A stretch of DNA of 64,000 nt. Source: the human T2T-CHM13v2.0 reference genome, Homo sapiens. The notes under the pieces were generated by a model that had not been told where the DNA came from, did not search any database, and saw nothing but the letters and a program-made list of their open reading frames with translations. Positions within the stretch are counted from its first letter, which is position 1. Every line of letters begins with the position of its first letter. This document shows, piece after piece, positions 52,720 to 64,000 of the stretch. The position numbers and the translations under genes were made by a program. Where the stretch lies: assembly GCF_009914755.1 (NCBI RefSeq), contig NC_060925.1; one strand, 5' to 3'.

Positions 52720-54150
52720 TGAAATTTTGTGTATTTCCTGAAACAAGGACATTCTCTTTCATGAACATAGTACAGTGATCAAAATTGGGAAATTTTAACA
52801 TTGATACTACTATTATCTAATTTCATTATCTAATCTGGTTATCTAATCCACAGGCCATGTTTGGATTTTGCCAGTTGTCCCAGTAATATCTTTGTAACTC
52901 TTTTTCCCCCATTCCAAGATCCGATCCACGATCACACTTGTACTTATTTGTTGTGTCCCTTTGGTCTCTTTTAATTGGAAAATTTTCTCAGTCTCTTTTT
53001 CTTTCATGAACTTGATATTTTTTAATATACAGGCCAAGTATTTTAGAGAAGACAATTCAATTTGGATTTGTCTAACATCTCCTCATGATTACATGTAGGT
53101 TTTGCATTTTGGCAGGAACACCACAGAAATGATTTTGTGTCCTTCTCCATGCATCATTTCAAAAGGCACATAATGTCAGTTTGTCCCATACTGGTGGTGT
53201 TAACTTTCTTCACTTGTTTAAGGTAGTGTCTGTCATTGTATAGTTACTATTTTTACTTCTATTATTAATAAGTATTTTGTAGGGAAACTTAGAGTCTCTA
53301 TAAACATCTTATCAACCTTTCACCCACTAGTTTTAGCATCCATTTCTGATTTCTGCTTGAATCAGTTATTACTATGATTTTTGCAAAATAGCTATTTTCT
53401 AACTCCATCATTATCTTCCATATCTATTATTGACCTCTGTCAAGAACTTTCTCATTTCTTTACTTTGTGATTTATATCAATCAGGACTCAGGTATTATTC
53501 AATGGTTTATCACAGTGGAACCTAACCTTTTTGGCACCAGGGACTGGTTTTGTGGAAGACAATTTTTCTACAGATCGAGGGTTGGGGGGATGGCTTCAGG
53601 ATGATTCAAGCACATTACATTTATTGTGGATTTTATATATAATGAAATAATTATATAACTCACCATAATGTAGACTCAGTGGAAGCCCTGAGCATGTTTT
53701 CCTGCAACTAGAAGGTCCTTTCTGGCATTGATGGGGGACAGTGACAGATCATCAGGCATTAGATTCTCATAAGGAGCACACAACATAGATCCCTCGCATG
53801 CACAGTTCACAATAGGGTTCGCACTCCTATGAGAATCTAATGCCACTGCTGATCTGACAGGAGACGGAGTTCGTGGTAATGTTAGCAATGGGGAGTAGCT
53901 GTAAATACAGATGAAGCTTTGCTCGCTTGCCAAGCGATCCGTGGCCCATGGGATTGAGGACCCCTGGTTTATCATACACTGTCATTATTTATCATCATGT
54001 TCACATTATCCTAGAATAGGTTAGTGGAGGCAGGCTTGTCTGGGCTGGCTTCAGTGTTGAGATGTCCTCATGATTCTTTGAGTACTTCCTTACTTTCCGG
54101 TGCAAATAGTTACTTCAAACTTATTTTGTACTTTCCCTGCCCCAGTTAGT
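52720..54150 (-). mobile_element. L1MC-type 3' region, interrupted by MER1A
   Basis: aacaaggacattctct...ttttggcaggaacaccacagaaatgat...gttaactttcttcacttgtttaaggtagtgtctg. Confidence 0.7.
53513..53966 (+). mobile_element. MER1A hAT-Charlie DNA transposon
   Basis: aacctttttggcaccagggactggttttgtggaagacaattttt start, gacccctg end; 8-bp TSD gtttatca at 53505-53512 and 53967-53974. Confidence 0.9.
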
Positions 54151-54344
54151 TAGAAGAGTGTTTTTAAACTGCAAATCTTTTTTAAGATTGATATCTTCGG
54201 TGATGGCCTGTCCTGACAATTGAGAATCATTGTCATTAAAATACATATATAGCTACAGATTAAAGAGTGACCATTTTTTCAAGTGTCTGTCTGAAAACTG
54301 TTGAGAACTTTGAGCAAAGCCATCATAGCTCCTAGCTTACACTT

Positions 54345-54575
54345 ATGTAGGATTTACTATGTGTCCTGTACTGTTCCTAGCACTTTTCTTCTATGAACTC
54401 ATTACTGCTCACCTCAACTCTAATAAATTATCTTTTATTATTTGCATATTGCAGATGATGAAACTAGGCACACAGCAGCCAAGTGACTTGTCAGGATTGC
54501 ATGGCCTGTAAGGGCAGAATAGTTATTCAAGCCCAGAGTGTCTGCCTGGAGACCCATTCCTAGCATTGTGCTCCT
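54345..54575 (-). mobile_element. MIR SINE
   Basis: catattgcagatgatgaaactaggcacacag...aagtgacttgtc core. Confidence 0.6.
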
Positions 54576-54664
54576 CTACCCTGCCATAACTAAAACTGCA
54601 ACATAGTGTAACAAATTGAGTTATAATATTTTGCATGTTTCTTACCTACTAATCCCTCTGTAGT

Positions 54665-55240
54665 TTTTTAATATTTTAACTTTCATTTTAGTTTAGTTTC
54701 AGAGGTATATGTTCAGGTTTGGTATATAGGTAAACTTATGACTCAGGGGTTTGATGTACAGATTATTTTGTCACCTGGATACTAAGCATAGTATCCAAAT
54801 TTATTTTTCTAAACCTCTTCCTCCTTCCACCCTCCTCCCTCAAGTAGGCCCCAGTGTTTGTTGTTCCCCTCTTTCTGTCCATGTGTTCTCATTATTTAGC
54901 TCCCATTTATAAGTGAGAACATGCAGTATTTGGTTTTCTGTTCCTGAGTTAGTTAGTTTGCTAAGGATACTGGCCTCTAGTTCCATCCCTGTTCCTGCAA
55001 AGGATGGGACCTCATTCTTTTTTATGGCTGCATAGTATTCCATGGCACGTATGGTACCACATTTTCTTTATCCAGTCTACTGTTGTTGGGTGTTTTGGTT
55101 GCTTCTGTCTTTACTATTGTAAATAGTGCTTAATGAACACACAGGTGCATATGTCTTTATGTAGAACAATTTATATTGCTCTGGGCATATACCCAATAGT
55201 GGGATTGCAGGGTCAAATGGTAGTTGTGTTTTTAGTTCTT
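54665..55240 (-). mobile_element. L1PA15/16-like 3' end
   Basis: ctcccatttataagtgagaacatgcagtatttggttttctg; reverse ORF MEYYAAIKKNE. Confidence 0.85.
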
Positions 55241-56845
55241 GTTTTTTTGCATCATCTAGATAGCATGATGTTTTATGCCAACTCCAGTTTATATTATCAT
55301 TCTCCCTTTTTTCTTGCTATCATTCCATTCTTATAAAAGAAACACTTGAACTCTACAACATTTTGTATCTTGAAGTCCAATTCTAGTTAGGATTTTCCAT
55401 ATTGATTAAAAAATAAAAATAAAAAAGTCTTTAGCTGAAAACCTGTATTTATATGTAGTAGAAATGACACAGAAATGAATAAATGTTACCCAATTGTTAA
55501 CCCTCCAATTAAAAATGCATCTATATTAAATGGCATTATATTGTAAGAGGCTGAGGCTTTTGTTAACCAACAGCCTTGAAAATAAAATGTATTAAAATAA
55601 TTGGAACTTCAGAATTTTTGAAATCATACAGTCAATATTTGAGGGCTATGAGCATCCACAGCCTGAATTAATACAGAAGTAGTTTTGAATATCTGCCATA
55701 TATTTAAAGCCTTTCTTCTTTCCTCTGAGGTTTAGCCAAATACTTTTTAGTGCAAATTCTTGTTGGCTAAAATAGATTTGTGTGACTATGTTTTTGTCTA
55801 CAAAGCACAAGGATAATTAGTCAACTCAGTCAGAAACCCATTAACTATAAGAAACTGTAACATGCATTTAAAAATATTTTTCTAACCAAAGCAGACAAAT
55901 GATAATTTCATTACATGGTTTTCAACTTGTTCTGGAGAATATTTACACTCAGCCTTTGAGGCTCTTATTTCTGCTCATATTTTGATTAAACCAGGTGACC
56001 AAAAGATGTACTTTATGAGCTCCATATCTAGCAAGTTCCCTGAAAACAAAAATATGACCTGGTATTCACGTGTATATAAGGAAAGCCATAATGTTGAATC
56101 TCAGCCCAGGTACCTGGTAAAACATAAGGTTGTTTCATTCTTGTGGTCCAATGATGTGATGTGTTAGTTCCCAAAGGAAGGCCTTAATATCACTCCTTGG
56201 AAACTACTAGTCAGCTTTTTATGTTGTTTAGGAAGCAGGTTAGTATGTTATTCAGAACTTTAATTCATGAACACATGTAATGGAAAAAGTTTTCCAAAGA
56301 ATTACAGCTGTGCAAATCATCATGTTGTTGAAAGATCCAAGTACATATGTAGATATGAAGCTGAATCAGGCTTAAGGATGTGGTCTTGCTGTCTAGGGTC
56401 CAAATTATCTTTGTGGAAATATTTGTATTGTCTATAACCACATCTCAATCTGTTATACAGCCTTGTTCCCAAGCTCCCAGTTATTTTCACTTTCTCCAGA
56501 GCAAAGAACACAGACAAATACTTAGCTAAGGGCTTAAACACTCAGACTGTATTTATATATGGTAGTTTGAGTAAATTTAATTGTAATAAAATAGCTCCTT
56601 TGGGTGATTTTAAACATTTATCTTGGCATCAGGTAAGCCTTCTGAATTTCCCTATAGACACAAATTCCTCTGAAAATCTAACCAGAAGGAGAAAGATCAT
56701 CATTTGTTATGTTTCATTTGGTTCAGTTTCAATTCTCTTAGATTGGGGACTAATTAGCTCATTACTGAGTTAATTTATTTATATAATTTTGGTTTTAAAC
56801 AAACACGGTTCTGTGACTTGCAACTGTCTTTTGGGGTGTTTGCAG

Positions 56846-57016
56846 TTCATGGAGCATGGAGCGCTTGGCAGCCTTGGGGAACATGCAGCGAAAGTTGTGG
56901 GAAAGGTACTCAGACAAGAGCAAGACTTTGTAATAACCCACCACCAGCGTTTGGTGGGTCCTACTGTGATGGAGCAGAAACACAGATGCAAGTTTGCAAT
57001 GAAAGAAATTGTCCAA
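56846..57016 (+). CDS. HMCN1: Exon (~90), TSR3 VHGAWSAWQPWGTC...RNCP
   Basis: tgcag acceptor, A|gtaaga donor, 171 nt. Confidence 0.95.
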
Positions 57017-57205
57017 GTAAGAGAAATACACTGTTTATACCTTAATAAATTAACATCTACCTATCTTATCTAGGTAGTATGTCAACAAGAATCTATCCCA
57101 TTCTAACTGTGCCCACAAGAACATCTCTCAAACTAACAATGCCCAGAGTGTAACACGATGGTTCCTAGGTAGTAAGAAAGCATGTACCTTTTTCCCTTAT
57201 TCCAG

Positions 57206-57376
57206 TTCATGGCAAGTGGGCGACTTGGGCCAGTTGGAGTGCCTGTTCTGTGTCATGTGGAGGAGGTGCCAGACAGAGAACAAGGGGCTGCTCCGACCCT
57301 GTGCCCCAGTATGGAGGAAGGAAATGCGAAGGGAGTGATGTCCAGAGTGATTTTTGCAACAGTGACCCTTGCCCAA
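57206..57376 (+). CDS. HMCN1: Exon (~91), TSR4 IHGKWATWASWSAC...DPCP
   Basis: tccag acceptor, A|gtgagt donor, 171 nt. Confidence 0.95.
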
Positions 57377-58075
57377 GTGAGTGTTGGAAATAGTGAGTCA
57401 ACATTATACTTTCATAAAGTTTCATTATGACTGTAATTCCTTAAAGTTGCAATATTCCGTTATTTGGTTCTTCAACCTTTGGTTTAGGATGTCAGAATGT
57501 TGTAAGGTTGCTGTCATGTCTGTATAATACCCTAGATGTCTTCGATTCATAGGGGCAGGAGCTGTGTCCTATTTCACTTGCTCTATATAGGACTAGCCCC
57601 AGAGTATAAGAATGAGAGCACCCCTGCATGCTAACTCTTCATGATGCTTACAGTTCTTTTATGAAGGCAAGCAGGCAGCTCTCTGCCTTAGTGCCGTCAT
57701 CAACCTGGATTTTTAGACCCTTGCAGCAACTTGATATCTGGAAATCTGAGTTACATTGTATCCTGAAGTTTACAGCCTTGGCTTATCAAAAGCAGAGGTC
57801 CTGTCTCATTTATACCCTCCAGCTCCTGGAATATTTTAAGACTCAATAAATGTATGTTAAATTGAATCACACAAATACAGGAATGCATACTCAGTTTCTA
57901 GTCAAAACCGAAGCTAAACTATCTTCCTTTGGAAGTTGCCTATTTATAGACTTGCATGTTTTGTTTTAGGTGCTGAGAAGAGACTTTTTTTTTAATACTT
58001 TTTGGATGAATGTCATTGTTGACCACTTCTCATTTTAGGGGCTCTGTTTTCATCTCAGATTATTCTGTCTTGTAG

Positions 58076-58246
58076 CCCATGGTAACTGGAGTCCTTGGAG
58101 TGGCTGGGGAACATGCAGCCGGACGTGTAACGGAGGGCAGATGCGGCGGTACCGCACATGTGATAACCCTCCTCCCTCCAATGGGGGAAGAGCTTGTGGG
58201 GGACCAGACTCCCAGATCCAGAGGTGCAACACTGACATGTGTCCTG
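58076..58246 (+). CDS. HMCN1: Exon (~92), TSR5 THGNWSPWSGWGTC...DMCP
   Basis: tgtag acceptor, G|gtgagc donor, 171 nt. Confidence 0.95.
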
Positions 58247-58425
58247 GTGAGCCTCTTGATTTCTGGCAGTTGAATAAGTAAAGCATTTCATTTAGTGCTC
58301 ATTGTAGCAGGCCTATTGCTTCAGACCTTAAAATGAAAGTTGTATAGGCAGGGGCACCCCAAGTATAGATTATGAAGATTTTGAAGCCAATTTCTTAACA
58401 GTGACCATTCCATTCTTGTTCACAG

Positions 58426-58596
58426 TGGATGGAAGTTGGGGAAGCTGGCATAGTTGGAGCCAGTGCTCTGCCTCCTGTGGAGGAGGTGAAAAGACTCGGA
58501 AGCGGCTGTGCGACCATCCTGTGCCAGTTAAAGGTGGCCGTCCCTGTCCCGGAGACACTACTCAGGTGACCAGGTGCAATGTACAAGCATGTCCAG
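58426..58596 (+). CDS. HMCN1: Exon (~93), TSR6 VDGSWGSWHSWSQC...QACP
   Basis: cacag acceptor, G|gtaagc donor, 171 nt. Confidence 0.95.
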
Positions 58597-60264
58597 GTAA
58601 GCAACTAAATTGGACTTTGGTAGCACATTTAGAGCCTTTGTGCAAATTAGAGAAAGGTGCCACAAATTACAAAACAATGCCAACCCTGAGAGGTGGAATT
58701 AGAAAAAAAAAAAAAAGTGCTTTCTTGCTCCTAATTGGTACAGTTCTGTATCAATCCAAGGCTGGGTTCTAGCCTCTATTTTCTCCCTTCCAGGCTTCCT
58801 GGTAAAAGGATATAGTCCTGGCATTGACAGGAAAAAGGGTGAGGCAGAGTGGGGAAAAATGGGCTGAGACTCCAGACTGAAGGTAAGGTGGGGCAGTGGC
58901 TAAATATCTAAAGAAAGCTACAATTGGAGGCTGTTCATCTGTGGATGGGAATTTGAATGACATGAGCGTGGGAAGTAAAATAAGAATCAGTTCAGTCTGA
59001 GGAGAAAGAATAAGAGGAGTTCAGTTATCAAGTTCAGCCTGAGTCATGCATTGCATCTAGCAAGTGATGTAAAAATTCAGAAGTCTATAACTCATGGGCC
59101 TTAGAATTTGCTGGGATTCCAAGAAATGGTAGCTAATACTCAATACCTTGTCTCAGAAGGCAGGCTTCTAAAGGTTGTAAGAAGACCAACAATAACGGTT
59201 TTATATTGTTGAAGTGTCAAGATATCAGTTAGAATCTCCAAAGCTTTAAGGTCTTCTTAGAAATAAAATGTTCCTGAAAAATCAAGATCATTTGACAGAG
59301 TGAGAGAGATTTACATTTAAAAATGTATAGGACCTAGACAAGCTGAAGGAAGTTGATAGTCCACTACCATCAACAACTGTTGAACATTATCGACTAATTA
59401 ACAAGGACTTTGAGGCTCCAGCTGAGGCATGGTGTCAGCTTCAGTTGATGCACTTTGTAGCTCAGCCTCTGGTAGTAGCAGGGCCCCAGTGGCATCAGGA
59501 GGTCCAAATAGGTTGACAGTTTGGGTTGCAGAATCTGGCAGAGGATTTCAGAGATCCCAGCCAGGTATTCAGAATGAGGAGTCTTTTGAGCACTGGGACT
59601 CAAGTCCCTCTGTGAGACTAGAGAACCAGGGTCAAAATGTCAGTGATGACCCAGAGAGCTAAGTAAATTAGTGGTCCTAATACTCCTCTTTCTCCCTGCT
59701 TAGGACTAAGGATAAGAACCAAAATGGCCTACCGGGCCTTGACTGGCTCTCTACTTTCCTACATCATCTTGCAGCATGGCTTCCATTACTCTCTACGCTT
59801 TCTACTGCTTTTGCCCTCTCAGATGTGGCAAGCCACTACCCACAAAAGAGTGACACATACTCTGTCCCCTACCCAGAAAGCCCTTCTGCCCTCCCTGGCT
59901 TAGTTAAGACTTAAACTTTAAGGTTCTTCTTTATTTTTACTTCCTTCTCAAACTTCCCTAAATAGTAGGTAGTAGTGCATTCCAACCTTACATTTATTTG
60001 TGGGATTTAGATTGTTTTTCTCCCCAATTCAGACATAAGCTCTATGAAGGCAGGCTTCATGTCTTTTTTTTTTTTTTTTCTCACCATTTTTTTCTTTAAT
60101 TCGTGGCAAACAAATGAATGTAGTACAGACCATGAAGGCTGAATCATCATGAAAAAATGTTTTCTCTCAGTATTAATAATAAAAGTAATGTAAATTAAAA
60201 TGGTAAAGTACTTACTGATTTTTCTGAGGCTGAATGCAATTGTATTTCTCTCCAATATATAATA

Positions 60265-62868
<2,604 letters not shown>

Positions 62869-63369
62869 TACATAACAGTATCTGAAATTCCTAGTGATTG
62901 CTTTAAAATGTATTAAAATACATCAGATAATGAATATTTATGGATTTGACTATCAGCTACTTCCCAGTATGTTGCCTTCTCTTGTCAAAGCATGAAATTC
63001 ATTTTGAAAAACATTCATTAACCACCTATTCTGTGCTAGTCACCAGTAATTTTGTTGAACAATAGAAAGAAGGCATAAAATTAATGTTGAGGCCCTTTTT
63101 TAAAAATTTATAATTGTTTTGCAACCAGATTACCTTGGTATGAATTTTATAGCACTGGCAAAAGCACAGTCTCTCTCAAGTTAAGCATCTTTCAGTATAT
63201 TTGTAATATGAAGAACTTGATAAACCCTCACTCTAAAACCCAAGACTGAACAACGTCCTTAGATAATCCACGTTTACATTGGCAGTGGCCTAGAAGCTGT
63301 TTTGTTGATGAAGTCTCTCCTTTTCCTGGATGTTCTCATGAAGGAGGCAACAAATAAAAGAACACAGGG

Positions 63370-63545
63370 TTTGATGCCAAGCAGATCCACATTCAGATCC
63401 TCATTCCGCCACTGTCTAGCAATGTAATAAGGAGAAAGTTGCTTAATTTCTACAAACTTAAAGCTACCTTATAGAATTGTTGATAGGATTAAAATGGTTA
63501 ACACATACTAGATGTTTACCATCATGCATGACATGCTCAATAAAC
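63370..63545 (+). mobile_element. MIR SINE
   Basis: cagatccacattcagatcc...aagttgcttaatttc...ccttatagaattgttgataggattaaa...gctcaataaa. Confidence 0.6.
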
Positions 63546-63872
63546 TCTCATTGTCATCACCACCACCAACATATTCTTTATTTTTAGTTTGGGGACTGGA
63601 CACTGATTGTATTCTTTGGCTTATGAAATATTAATAACACTATGATGTGCACAGATTAGAAGGATCTTAGATTTATGGGTGATGATGGTTGTTATGTGAA
63701 AGTAGAATGTTTTAAAAGCTTATTTATTTCACTATTAAATTCAGATGTCATATGACCTTTTTGATGTTTGAGAAAAGATTTGTAGCATCTCTGAATACTG
63801 GCCCTCTTTTCTCCCATGTAATGTTGATGAAATTGCATCCTTATCCAGGAATGTTTTTTTTTCCCCCAATAG

Positions 63873-64000
63873 GTGGGCCCCAGCGAGCCAGAGGAAGTGT
63901 TATTGGAAATATTAATGATGTTGAATTTGGAATTGCTTTCCTTAATGCCACAATAACTGATAGCCCTAACTCTGATACTAGAATAATACGTGCCAAAATT
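63873..64000 (+). CDS. HMCN1: Exon (~94, truncated by window), start of nidogen G2/G2F domain GGPQRARGSVIGNINDVEFG...
   Basis: Polypyrimidine tract plus aatag acceptor; open in phase 1 to the window end; sequence recognised as hemicentin G2F start. Confidence 0.9.

Noticed and set aside
59320-59662. GC-elevated stretch with open frames (DLDKLKEVDSPLP..., MVSASVDAL...) as cryptic exon or pseudogene
   Set aside because: No pyrimidine tract, an early stop in the phase-1 HMCN1 frame, and no recognisable homologue, poly(A) or TSD. A BLASTX hit would be needed to revive it.

Overview
AT-rich primate (human-like) genomic DNA lying entirely inside one + strand gene, recognisable as HMCN1 (hemicentin-1/fibulin-6). 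I resolved 35 GT-AG coding exons whose phases join into one continuous reading frame. They encode 16 tandem I-set immunoglobulin domains, six 171-nt thrombospondin type-1 (TSR) exons and the start of the nidogen G2 (G2F) domain, which runs off the window. Exon numbers 60-94 (approximately residues 3054-4912) come from my recollection of the reference model and are not derivable from the window. The introns contain ordinary mammalian repeats: L1 (including a twin-primed L1PA), Alus with TSDs, L2, MIR, MLT, MER1A, MER63, MER2/8-like and a near full-length Tigger1. I found no prokaryote-type systems and no convincing wholly new system. The best second-look items are an exon that looks like a precise 82+132-nt fusion (apparent intron loss), a ~122-bp intronic tandem duplication that keeps NF-Y/E-box/RUNX motifs, a duplicated acceptor region plus weak donor around the CSVTCG-bearing TSR exon, a close inverted Alu pair, and an RGD motif.
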